This document shows positions 39,371 through 48,372 of a DNA stretch of 64,000 bases, piece after piece (the first letter of the stretch is position 1; each line of letters begins with the position of its first letter). Below the pieces are notes generated by a model, which searched no databases, was not told the DNA's origin, and saw nothing but the letters and a program-made list of their open reading frames with translations. Source of the DNA: an uncultured Acidobacteriota bacterium (GTDB lineage Bacteria > Acidobacteriota > JAQAZP01); NCBI GenBank assembly GCA_963836075.1, contig CAWIIB010000009.1, positions 2,816,001 through 2,880,000 of the forward strand, written 5' to 3'. The translations under genes and the position numbers were made by a program.

Positions 39371-41503
39371 CTACTGGAAGGATCCCGCGGCCACGGTCAC
39401 TCCGTGGTTCCAGCCCACCGGGTAGGCCTGCAGGGAGATATTTTCGGCAACCACGCCGTCCCGATACTCGAAGATCCGGATCACTGAACCCACCGCGGGG
39501 TCGGGCCCGGCGCCCACCACGATCTCGTGCCGGTTGTCACCGTCCAGGTCGGTGCCCGAAGAGATATGCGCACCGAAGCGGGGCAGGGTGGGCGACCAGG
39601 CGATGAAACTGCAGCCGTCGAGCGGGATGACCGATCCACCGTCCACATTCCAGCCGCGGATGTGCGAGGCAAAGGCCACCGAAGGCCCTGGCGCGGTGAG
39701 CAGTTCGTCGATGCCGTCGCGGTCCACGTCTCCGGCGGCCACGTTGACCCCGTATTTCAAGGTGCCGTAGGCAAAAAAGCTGACCCCCGGGATCGGTGCG
39801 ACCGTTTCGCCGTCCACTTTCCAGCCGCGGACGTGGGGCCCGAATACCGACCCCGGGCCGGCGCCGGTGACGATTTCATCGATGCTGTCGCCGTTCAGGT
39901 CGCCGCAGGCCACGTTCACCCCGTATTTCAGCGTGCCGTAGGCGAAGAAGTTGACCTCCGGGACAGGTGTGGCGGTGCCGCCGTCCACGTTCCAGCCCCG
40001 GACATGGGGGCCGAATACCGCCCCCGGGCCGGCGCCGGTGACGATCTCGTCATAGCCGTCGCCGTCCAGGTCTCCGGCGGCCACATTGACGCCGAACTTG
40101 CTGGTGCCGTAGGCCAGGAAGCTCACCCCGGGCAGGGGTGTACCGTCACTTTGCCATCCCCGCACGTGCGGCCCGTAAATCTCGCCCGGCCCGGCGCCGG
40201 TGATGATCGAATCGTTCTCCAGGTCGACGATTCGGCCGCAGCTCACGTTGACCCCCCAGGCATCCGCGCCATAAGCCGGGAACTGTGAGATGGGTGTGGC
40301 GTCCTGGACCGGAAGGAAGATGTTGACCAGCGGGGGATTCTCTTCCGAGGGGCCGGGGCCGGTGACCAGGCGGGGGCCCAGGTCGGGATTGAGATAGTGG
40401 CCGCCCATGTCCACCACCCCCGTGTCGGGCCGGCTGTCCGTCCGGGTCGACCCATCCACCATATCGCCATCCGGATCTCCCGTATCCACGCAGGGGCTGT
40501 CCATGGACTGCCCGGCGGCCACCTGGCTGAGGTAATGCGAGCCCGTGGGGCCCACGGCAAAGACCGGATCGTCCTCGATCATCCCCTCTCCCCGGTTCAG
40601 TGTTCCTGAGTAAATCAACGCACCGTCCTCACCTTCCTCGATACAGGAGTGATGGATGGTGAGAACAGGATCATAGCTGGGACTGTATCCCAGCAATATC
40701 TGGTTTTTGCTGCCGTTCCACCAGTTGTTCCAGAGGATACAGTTGGAGATCAGTGCTTCCCCGTCCCAGATGTGGATTCCCCCTCCGCCATACTCCGCCC
40801 CGCAAGCCTCGATGGTGCAGTTCCTGATCACCGCGGACCCGCCGTAGATGCAGATGCCGCCGCCGGTGCCGCCGGAGCCACAATCGACAATGTAATTGTT
40901 CAGAATGGTGGGTGTCGAATCGAGGGAAAAGATCGCTCCTCCCAGGCTTTGCGAATCGGCTGTTCCACACTGGATAAAGCGGTTACCGGTGATCAGCGGC
41001 GAGGAACCGCCCACGCAGGAGATGCCGCCTCCGCCGATAATTTCGGTTCCGCCGCCGCCGGCGACGAGGTTCTCCAGGAACAGGTTCTGGCGGATGGTGG
41101 GCGATGAGCCCCGGACGAGCACCGTCCCGCCCCAGGGGTTGCTGGAGGTGCAGTCGGTAATGGTGAAACCCTCGAGGACCGAGCCCGGGCCCTCCCCGGA
41201 GTCAAAGCTGAAGGCACGCCAGCCACGGTCGCCGCCCCAGGCGCAGTCGATGGTGCACTCGTCCGCACCGGTTTCGGAGCGCACGGTTATCGCCTTCCCG
41301 CGAAACGAAACCTCCCAGTTCCCGTCGCCTGCATAGTGACCCGGCGCCACCAGCACAGTGTCGCCATCCACGGCCGCATCGATTCCGGCCTGGATGGTGG
41401 GTTGGTCAGCGGGGACGCGGATAGTGGCGGCACTGAGGGGCAGGGATGCCAGCAGCAGGAGGATGAAAGCGAAAGCTGCCAGAGCAGATCGGATGTGGCC
41501 CAT
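39371..41503 (-). CDS. Secreted right-handed beta-helix repeat protein with C-terminal 6-repeat FG-GAP-like module
   Basis: Signal peptide; TIRVPADQPTIQAGIDAA..GDTVLV, GGGI/GGAI repeats; DLDGDG repeats in 39374-40372. Confidence 0.85.
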   Translation of the reverse strand: MGHIRSALAAFAFILLLLASLPLSAATIRVPADQPTIQAGIDAAVDGDTVLVAPGHYAGDGNWEVSFRGKAITVRSETGADECTIDCAWGGDRGWRAFSFDSGEGPGSVLEGFTITDCTSSNPWGGTVLVRGSSPTIRQNLFLENLVAGGGGTEIIGGGGISCVGGSSPLITGNRFIQCGTADSQSLGGAIFSLDSTPTILNNYIVDCGSGGTGGGICIYGGSAVIRNCTIEACGAEYGGGGIHIWDGEALISNCILWNNWWNGSKNQILLGYSPSYDPVLTIHHSCIEEGEDGALIYSGTLNRGEGMIEDDPVFAVGPTGSHYLSQVAAGQSMDSPCVDTGDPDGDMVDGSTRTDSRPDTGVVDMGGHYLNPDLGPRLVTGPGPSEENPPLVNIFLPVQDATPISQFPAYGADAWGVNVSCGRIVDLENDSIITGAGPGEIYGPHVRGWQSDGTPLPGVSFLAYGTSKFGVNVAAGDLDGDGYDEIVTGAGPGAVFGPHVRGWNVDGGTATPVPEVNFFAYGTLKYGVNVACGDLNGDSIDEIVTGAGPGSVFGPHVRGWKVDGETVAPIPGVSFFAYGTLKYGVNVAAGDVDRDGIDELLTAPGPSVAFASHIRGWNVDGGSVIPLDGCSFIAWSPTLPRFGAHISSGTDLDGDNRHEIVVGAGPDPAVGSVIRIFEYRDGVVAENISLQAYPVGWNHGVTVAAGSFQ

Positions 41504-41644
41504 TGCTCAGCCTCATGGTTTGAGAGAACCGGGAGAGACTCCAGGACAACTATACGTCAATTGCAGGCATTGTCCATGAAATTACTACGCGTTGGCGGGC
41601 CCGGATGAAGGGACTCTTCATGCCGTGGCGGGTTGGCTGTCAGG

Positions 41645-41953
41645 CTACAGCCCTTCAATACGGGTCAGGGTGATCACCGGACCTGCGTTGCAAACCGTGA
41701 ACCCCTCTTCAGGGATGACATATTCAAATCTGACCCATAATCCGTTCACCTTGAACCGGTCTTCCAGGTTGGTTGGTTCCAGGTGTCTCATAATGCCCTG
41801 CCCGGCTCCTTCGACGATCACCCAGCAGCCCAGATCACTGTATTCCACCATACCCACCTGGCCCCAGTTGTCATCGTCATTGTCACAGCCCTGTACCGTG
41901 CAGAGAACGAGGCAGATGAGCAATAGCCCGACAATTCGCAGAGTACCACTCAT
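41645..41953 (-). CDS. Small lipoprotein, paralog 2
   Basis: GAGGAG RBS; lipobox VQG-C; NLEDRFKVNGLWVRFE. Confidence 0.8.
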   Translation of the reverse strand: MSGTLRIVGLLLICLVLCTVQGCDNDDDNWGQVGMVEYSDLGCWVIVEGAGQGIMRHLEPTNLEDRFKVNGLWVRFEYVIPEEGFTVCNAGPVITLTRIEGL

Positions 41954-41970
41954 GGCAAATCTCCTCAGGC

Positions 41971-42291
41971 TTACAACTCCTCGATCCGCGTGAGAATGAT
42001 TCCCTCACCCACCATGCAGGTGGAGGCCCACTCTTCGGGGATGACGAATTCAAACCTGACCCACAGCCCGTCCACCCGGAAACGGTCCTCCAGGTTGGCG
42101 ACTTCATACATTTCGAGTCCATGAGGAAGGTTTTCGTTTTCCACCACGATGGTCCAGCATGTGCCGCCCACATCGGCGAAGTGCACGTACCCCACCCGGC
42201 CCCAGTCGTCATCGTCATTGCTGCAGCCCTGTACAGTGCAGAGGGCGAGGCAGAGGAGCAATAGACCGGCAGTTCGAAGAAATCCACTCAT
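41971..42291 (-). CDS. Small lipoprotein, paralog 1
   Basis: GGAG RBS; lipobox VQG-C; NLEDRFRVDGLWVRFE. Confidence 0.8.
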   Translation of the reverse strand: MSGFLRTAGLLLLCLALCTVQGCSNDDDDWGRVGYVHFADVGGTCWTIVVENENLPHGLEMYEVANLEDRFRVDGLWVRFEFVIPEEWASTCMVGEGIILTRIEEL

Positions 42292-42352
42292 TGGCCGTCT
42301 CCACTGTTGTCGAGGGTGTTCCTTTTCCGTTTCTTAACGAAATTATACCTTT

Positions 42353-42382
42353 TTGACACCCTCCGCGCTGATCGACTACACT
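42353..42382 (+). promoter_or_regulatory. Sigma70-like promoter for lsrF
   Basis: TTGACA-18 nt-TACACT; palindrome TTGACGTCAA at 42403-42412 may be an operator. Confidence 0.5.
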
Positions 42383-42452
42383 TTCCCTTCGAGTTTTTCC
42401 ATGTTGACGTCAATCACCTTGACCATAACAACCGGACAGAGAGGGCAAGATC

Positions 42453-43244
42453 ATGGATTGGGGAATGAAGAACCGTCTGAGCCGTATCCTTCGGCCCGAA
42501 TCGGGCCGCACCGTCATGCTGGCCATCGACCACGGCTATTTCCAGGGGCCCACCAGCGGCCTCGAGCGGCCGGGTGAGACGGTGAAGGATTTGCTGCCCC
42601 ACGCCGACTGCCTGATGATCGCCCGCGGGGCCCTGCGCAACTGCATCTCTCCCGAGTTGCCCCTGCCGGTGGTGATGCGTGCCTCGGGCGGCACCTCCGT
42701 GCTCACCGAACTCTCCAGAGAGGGCCGCTGCGTGGCCATCGACGACGCCATCCGGATGAACGTTTCGGGTCTGGCCCTCTCCATTTTTGTCGGTGCGGAA
42801 GGCGAGCGGCAGACCCTGCTCGACTTTTCCGAGCTGTGTGACGAGGGGGAGCGCTACGGTATCCCCATCCTGGCGGTGACCGCGGTGGGTCGCGACATGG
42901 TCCGCGACGCCCGCTACCTCGGCCTGGCCTCGCGTATCGCCGCCGAACTGGGGGCGCACGTGGTCAAGACCTATTACTGCGAGGGGTTCGAGAAGGTGGT
43001 CAACGGCTGCCCGGTGCCCATCGTCATCGCCGGCGGGAAGAAGATCCCCGAGCGGGACGCCCTGCAGATGGCCTACAACGCGATCAACGACGGGGCCCGC
43101 GGGGTGGACATGGGCCGCAACATCTTCCAGTCCGACTGCCCGGTGGGCATGATCCGTGCGGTGCGCTCCATCGTCCACGACAACAACTCGGTGGATCACG
43201 CGTTCAAACTGTACGAAATGCTCAAGAACGAGGGACAGGATTAG
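42453..43244 (+). CDS. lsrF: LsrF-type thiolase / DhnA class I aldolase
   Basis: MDWGMKNRLSRI, LAIDHGYFQGP, VVKTYYC, GVDMGRNIFQS. Confidence 0.92.
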   Translation: MDWGMKNRLSRILRPESGRTVMLAIDHGYFQGPTSGLERPGETVKDLLPHADCLMIARGALRNCISPELPLPVVMRASGGTSVLTELSREGRCVAIDDAIRMNVSGLALSIFVGAEGERQTLLDFSELCDEGERYGIPILAVTAVGRDMVRDARYLGLASRIAAELGAHVVKTYYCEGFEKVVNGCPVPIVIAGGKKIPERDALQMAYNAINDGARGVDMGRNIFQSDCPVGMIRAVRSIVHDNNSVDHAFKLYEMLKNEGQD

Positions 43245-43247
43245 CCG

Positions 43248-44282
43248 ATGAAGATGAAGGTCGCCGTCTACCACAACAATCACGACGTGCGCATCGAGGA
43301 GCGCGAGGTGCCGGCCATCGGTCCGGACGAACTGCTGCTGCGCATCGAGTCCAGCGGCCTCTGCGGCAGCGACGTGATGGAGTGGTATCGAGCGGCCAAG
43401 GCCCCGCTGGTGCTGGGCCACGAACTGACCGGCGTGGTGGAGCGGACCGGGGAGGCGGTGACGAAATACAAGGCCGGCGACCGGGTCTACGTCACCCACC
43501 ACGTGCCCTGCAACAGTTGCCGCCACTGCCTGATGGGCCAGCACTCGGTCTGCCCAACTCTGCGCAGCACCAACATCGAGCCGGGCGGTTTCGCCCAGTA
43601 CGCCCGCATCCCGGCGATCAACGTCGACCGCGGAATGGCCCTGCTGCCGGACCATGTCTCGTTCGACGAGGGCTCTTTTGTCGAGCCGCTGGCCTGCGTG
43701 GTGCGCGGACAGCGGCTGGGCGACTTCCGGCCCGGCCTCGATGTGCTGGTGATCGGCGCCGGGCTCTCCGGCCTGCTGCACATCCAGCTGGCCCAGGCCC
43801 GCGGCGCCACCCGGGTGGTGGCGGTGGACGTGGCCCCGGCCCGTCTGGAAGCCGCCGGCCGTTTTGGTGCCGATGCGGTGTTCGAAGCCGGCGAGGAAGA
43901 TCTTCCGGCGAAACTGCGGGAAGTCTTTGGCGGCCACCTTGCCGACCGGGTGGCGGTCTGTGCCGGGGTGCCGTCGGCCTATGCCCAGGCCTGGCGGTGC
44001 GTGGAACCTGGAGGCACGGTGCTGATCTTTGCCCCGCCGCACCCCGAGTCCGAGGTGCCCTTCCCCCTCTGGGACCTTTGGAAGAACAACGTCAGCCTGA
44101 TCCCCACCTATGCCGGGCCGCCGGTGGACACCGAGGAGGCCCTGGCCTGGATCCGTTCGAAAAAGCTCGACCTTGAGGGGATGATCACCCACCGCCTGCC
44201 CATGGACCAGGCCGCCGAAGGCTTCCGCCTGGCCGCCGGGGCCACCGACTGCCTCAAGGTGGTCATCCACCCCCACGCCTGA
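43248..44282 (+). CDS. Zinc-dependent MDR dehydrogenase (sorbitol/threonine DH-like)
   Basis: CGSD, GHE, CxxCxxC..C, EPLAC, GAGLSG. Confidence 0.92.
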   Translation: MKMKVAVYHNNHDVRIEEREVPAIGPDELLLRIESSGLCGSDVMEWYRAAKAPLVLGHELTGVVERTGEAVTKYKAGDRVYVTHHVPCNSCRHCLMGQHSVCPTLRSTNIEPGGFAQYARIPAINVDRGMALLPDHVSFDEGSFVEPLACVVRGQRLGDFRPGLDVLVIGAGLSGLLHIQLAQARGATRVVAVDVAPARLEAAGRFGADAVFEAGEEDLPAKLREVFGGHLADRVAVCAGVPSAYAQAWRCVEPGGTVLIFAPPHPESEVPFPLWDLWKNNVSLIPTYAGPPVDTEEALAWIRSKKLDLEGMITHRLPMDQAAEGFRLAAGATDCLKVVIHPHA

Positions 44283-44426
44283 TCGCCAAATCCGTGATTC
44301 CTGACTTCTCCGCCGTTGATCCGGGGAGTAATCTGCTTTATTCTGAATCGATAAACCTTGTTCCCCATCACAACGTAGAACCATGTATACGTGTTGCCCA
44401 CCAGGTCGAGTCAGGGGAGGAGGATC

Positions 44427-44882
44427 ATGAAGTGTGAAAAATGCGGTGAGAATTTTCCGTCCCGGTTCTATTTCCGGACCGATTCCGTCTGCAGCGGCTG
44501 TTTCGAACAACTGGGCCCTGCCGAGCGGAAAGAGGCGCTCCGCGCCGACACCGCGGTCCATGCCCTGACCACCACGGCTTTCGAGATCGACGGTTACCGG
44601 GTTGTGCGATCCCTGGGGGTTGTGCGCGGTATTGTGGTCCGTTCCCGTTCGCTCTTCGGCACCCTGGGCGCGGGGCTGCAGACCATCGTCGGTGGAAACA
44701 TCACCCTGTTCACTGAACTGTGTGAGAAGACCCGTGCCGACGCCTTCGACATGATGGTGCGCCACGCCGAGCAGGCGGGAGGCAACGGGGTGATCGGCGT
44801 GCGCTACGACGCCACCGAACTGATGAGCAGCGTCTCCGAGGTGCTCTGCTACGGCACCGCCGTCATTATTGAACCGAAGTAA
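44427..44882 (+). CDS. YbjQ/UPF0145 family protein with N-terminal CxxC...CxxC extension
   Basis: GGAGG RBS; [28 protein letters not shown]. Confidence 0.9.
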   Translation: MKCEKCGENFPSRFYFRTDSVCSGCFEQLGPAERKEALRADTAVHALTTTAFEIDGYRVVRSLGVVRGIVVRSRSLFGTLGAGLQTIVGGNITLFTELCEKTRADAFDMMVRHAEQAGGNGVIGVRYDATELMSSVSEVLCYGTAVIIEPK

Positions 44883-44904
44883 ACACATCCTGAGGGAGGG
44901 ACCG

Positions 44905-46620
44905 ATGAAACGTCTGCTGCTTCCGGTGCTGCTTCTCCTCTTTTCGGCCCTGCCGGTCTGGGCGGCGGAGGAGGCGACCCAGCCGTACGAGCTTCTGGAC
45001 ATTATGGAGGACGAGCTGGAGCGCTCGATGAAGAACCTGGGGCAGGCGTCCGACGCCCCTCTCTACTACCTGCAGTATGCGGTAACCGGCTTGCGCAAAC
45101 TGGAGCTGGAGGTGGAGGACGGGGGCCTTTTCGCCCCGCAGCTGGAGCGGCGCCGCTATCTCGACGTGGATCTGCGGGTGGGCAGCATGGAACTGGACAG
45201 CACCCATGAGATCCGCGGGTCGGGCGCCGGCGGCACCGTCTACCGCCGGCGGCGTGCCCCGTTCCCGCTGGAGGACGACCCGGAGGCGGCGCGGGCCGTG
45301 CTCTGGAGAGAGACCGAGACCAAGTATCAACAGGCCCAGGAGCGTTTCACCAGGGTGATCGCCGACAGCCAGGTTATGGTGGAGGAAGAGGACCAGTCCG
45401 ACGACTTCTCGCCGGCCGAGGCGCAGAAATACACCGAGGAACTGGTGGAAACCGCGGTGGACCTGGAACAGTGGCAGGCTCTGCTGAAGAGGGTGGGGAC
45501 CTACCTCGCCGGGGTCCCCTTTGTCCGCACTTCCGGCGCCGGGCTCACCGTGGAGGACATCTCCACCACCATGGCCAACAGCGAGGGCAGCCGGCTGGAA
45601 TTCGGCAACCACTACCACCGTTTCTGGATCCGGATGCTGGGGATGGCTGATGACGGCATGGAGCTGCGTCGCGCTGAATACTATTCGGCCCGCAGCCTCG
45701 ACGGCCTGCCCGGGGAAGAGGCGATCATGGCCGATGCCCGGCGCATGGTGGAGGAACTCGAAGCCCTGATCGACGCTCCGGTGGTGGAACCCTATATCGG
45801 TCCGGCCATTCTTCGGAACCGGGCCAGCGGAGTATTTTTTCACGAGATTTTCGGCCACCGCATCGAGGGGCACCGCCAGAAGAGCGAGCGGGAGGGCCAG
45901 ACCTTCACCAAGAAGGTGGGAGAGCCGATTCTCCCCGAGTTCATCAACATCTACGACGATGCCACCATGGATACCTTCAATGGCCGGGACCTGCGTGGTT
46001 ACTACCGTTTCGACGATGAGGGAACGGCGGCCCAGCGGGTCACCGTGGTGGAGAAGGGCGTGCTGCGCAGCTTCCTCACTACCCGCTCGCCCATCGCCAA
46101 CTTCCCCCGCAGCAACGGTCACGCCCGGCGCCAGTTCGGCAGCGGGGTGGTGGCCCGCCAGGGAAACCTGATCATCAGCTCGGAGAAGAGTGTGCCCTAC
46201 GACCAGCTGCGGCAACTGCTGATCGACGAGTGCAAGCGCCAGGGCAAGCCCTATGGCCTGGTGTTTGACGACATCTCCGGTGGTTTTACCAGTACCCGGC
46301 GGCGGGGCACCCAGTCGTTCAAGGTTCTGCCGCTGCTGGTCCACCGGGTCTATGCCGACGGCCGGCCCGACGAGGTTGTGCGCGGCGTGGACATTGTGGG
46401 TACCCCGCTGACCAGCTTCAGCAAGATCCTGATGGCCGGCGACGACGACGATGTGTTCAACGGCACCTGTGGCGCCGAGTCGGGGTCGGTGCCGGTCTCG
46501 GCCATCTCACCGAGCATCCTGGTGGCCGAGATCGAGGTGGAGAAGCGGAGCAAGGGCCAGGACAAGCCGCCGATCCTGCCGCCGCCGGCCCACGACCCGG
46601 GGAAGGAGGAAAGCCGATGA
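44905..46620 (+). CDS. tldD: TldD family metalloprotease with signal peptide
   Basis: HEIFGH, FDDEG, SNGHAR, GTCGAESG; MKRLLLPVLLLLFSALPVWA. Confidence 0.9.
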   Translation: MKRLLLPVLLLLFSALPVWAAEEATQPYELLDIMEDELERSMKNLGQASDAPLYYLQYAVTGLRKLELEVEDGGLFAPQLERRRYLDVDLRVGSMELDSTHEIRGSGAGGTVYRRRRAPFPLEDDPEAARAVLWRETETKYQQAQERFTRVIADSQVMVEEEDQSDDFSPAEAQKYTEELVETAVDLEQWQALLKRVGTYLAGVPFVRTSGAGLTVEDISTTMANSEGSRLEFGNHYHRFWIRMLGMADDGMELRRAEYYSARSLDGLPGEEAIMADARRMVEELEALIDAPVVEPYIGPAILRNRASGVFFHEIFGHRIEGHRQKSEREGQTFTKKVGEPILPEFINIYDDATMDTFNGRDLRGYYRFDDEGTAAQRVTVVEKGVLRSFLTTRSPIANFPRSNGHARRQFGSGVVARQGNLIISSEKSVPYDQLRQLLIDECKRQGKPYGLVFDDISGGFTSTRRRGTQSFKVLPLLVHRVYADGRPDEVVRGVDIVGTPLTSFSKILMAGDDDDVFNGTCGAESGSVPVSAISPSILVAEIEVEKRSKGQDKPPILPPPAHDPGKEESR

Positions 46621-48368
46621 GAAATGGACTGACCATCTGTGGCGCGCTCCTGCTGCTGGCGGGCCTGGCCTGTCCGCCTCCCACCTTCGCCGGTGACGAT
46701 CCGGTCTTCCGCGCCATGTCCGACGAGCTGGACCGTTCCATGGAGAGGCTGGTGATCGAGGGCATGGACCGGCCCTATTTCATCAGCTACCTGGTGCAGG
46801 ACAACGACGCCGTCAGGATGGAGGCGCGTTACGGTGCACTGCTCAACCGCGAGGAGAGCCGCGAACGCTACCTTTACGTGGATCTGCGGGTGGGGGAGCC
46901 GGCCCTGGACAACTCCGGCTTCATCGGCGGCTGGCGCAGCATGGGCAATGCCCGCTCGCGGATTGCCGCCGAGGACGACTACCAGGCCCTGCGGCACCAG
47001 ATCTGGCTGGCCACCGACAGCAGCTACAAGCTCGCCCTGGAGAATCTGGCCGGCAAGAAGTCCTACCTCCAGGCCCACCCGGTGCGCGAACCCCTCGACG
47101 ACTTCAGTGCGGCCGAACCGCTGGTGGCGCTGGAGGAACCAGTGACCCTGGAGCGGGACCTCTCCGGCTGGGAAGGGCGGGTGGAGCTGGCAGCCAAAAC
47201 CCTGGGTGAGTTCCCCTCGCTCCAGGACTGGAACGTGCGGCTCTACGCGGTGGCCCTCAACAAACGCTTTCTGAACAGCGAGGGCAGCCGGCACGTCAAG
47301 GGGAAGGTGATCACCGAATTCGAGATCAGCGCCACCACCCAGGCCGCCGACGGCCAGCGGCTCACCAATTTTCGGCAATACATGACCACGGGGGCAGACG
47401 AGCTGCCGGCGGGCGACCAGCTGGTGGCGCATGTGCGGCTGATGGCCGTTGAACTGCGGCGGATGGCCGAGGCTGAGCGTCTGGACAGCTACTCCGGCCC
47501 GGTGCTCTTTAGCCTCGATGCGGCGGCACAGTTCATCGCCCAGCTCTTTGCGGTGCAACTCTCGCCGCCGCGCAAGCCGTTGCTGGCCAACGAGTGGATG
47601 GCCCGGTCATTGCCCGAGGCGAAGCTGGCGGGGAAAGTAAACCGCCGTGTCTTCCCCGAGTTCGTCACCATCACCGATGATCCCACCCGGGAGACCTGGC
47701 TGAACGAGTTCCCGCCCGGTCGACGGGAGATCCGGCGCCTGGCCGGTCACCTGGCGGTGGATGACGAGGGTGTGGCCGCTCAGCCGGTGACCCTGGTGGA
47801 AAAGGGCCGGCTCACCGGCCTCCCCATGGGCCGCCAGCCCACCAGGGAGATCAAGCAGTCCAACGGCCATGTCTGGGCTTCGCCCATGCTCTGGCCCATG
47901 CCCACGGTGACCAATCTCATCGTGGAGACCTCTGAGCCGGCAACCGCCATGTGGGATGAGCTGCGGCAACTGGCCAGCGATTTTGGACTGGAGTATGGCC
48001 TGCTGGTCACCAGGCTCGACGACCCGCGTTTTTCCGGGGCATACCGCAGCACCTACATGCCGCCGGGAACCGCCGAGCAACTGCTCGCGCCGCCGGTGCT
48101 GGCCTACAAGGTCTATGTCGAGGGCGGCCGAATGGAGCCGGTGCGCGGCCTGGTCTTCGATGAGGTGTCGGTGCGCACCATGCGCGATGTGGGAATGCTG
48201 GGCGACGATCCACGCCTGACCAACCTGCGTCTTGCTACGCTTTCCAGCATGATCATGATTCCGGCGTCCATCGTCACCCCTTCGATTCTGGTGGAGGAGA
48301 TGGACCTCAAGGAGGACAGTTCTCGGGATACCCTGCCGCTGAGCAGTAATCCGATGTTCGGGGAGTGA
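46617..48368 (+). CDS. TldE/PmbA-like partner with signal peptide
   Basis: ATGA overlap; paralogous to tldD (DELxRSM, VDLRVG, DDEG, SNGH) but lacks HExxxH. Confidence 0.85.
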   Translation: MRNGLTICGALLLLAGLACPPPTFAGDDPVFRAMSDELDRSMERLVIEGMDRPYFISYLVQDNDAVRMEARYGALLNREESRERYLYVDLRVGEPALDNSGFIGGWRSMGNARSRIAAEDDYQALRHQIWLATDSSYKLALENLAGKKSYLQAHPVREPLDDFSAAEPLVALEEPVTLERDLSGWEGRVELAAKTLGEFPSLQDWNVRLYAVALNKRFLNSEGSRHVKGKVITEFEISATTQAADGQRLTNFRQYMTTGADELPAGDQLVAHVRLMAVELRRMAEAERLDSYSGPVLFSLDAAAQFIAQLFAVQLSPPRKPLLANEWMARSLPEAKLAGKVNRRVFPEFVTITDDPTRETWLNEFPPGRREIRRLAGHLAVDDEGVAAQPVTLVEKGRLTGLPMGRQPTREIKQSNGHVWASPMLWPMPTVTNLIVETSEPATAMWDELRQLASDFGLEYGLLVTRLDDPRFSGAYRSTYMPPGTAEQLLAPPVLAYKVYVEGGRMEPVRGLVFDEVSVRTMRDVGMLGDDPRLTNLRLATLSSMIMIPASIVTPSILVEEMDLKEDSSRDTLPLSSNPMFGE

Positions 48369-48372
48369 AGGT

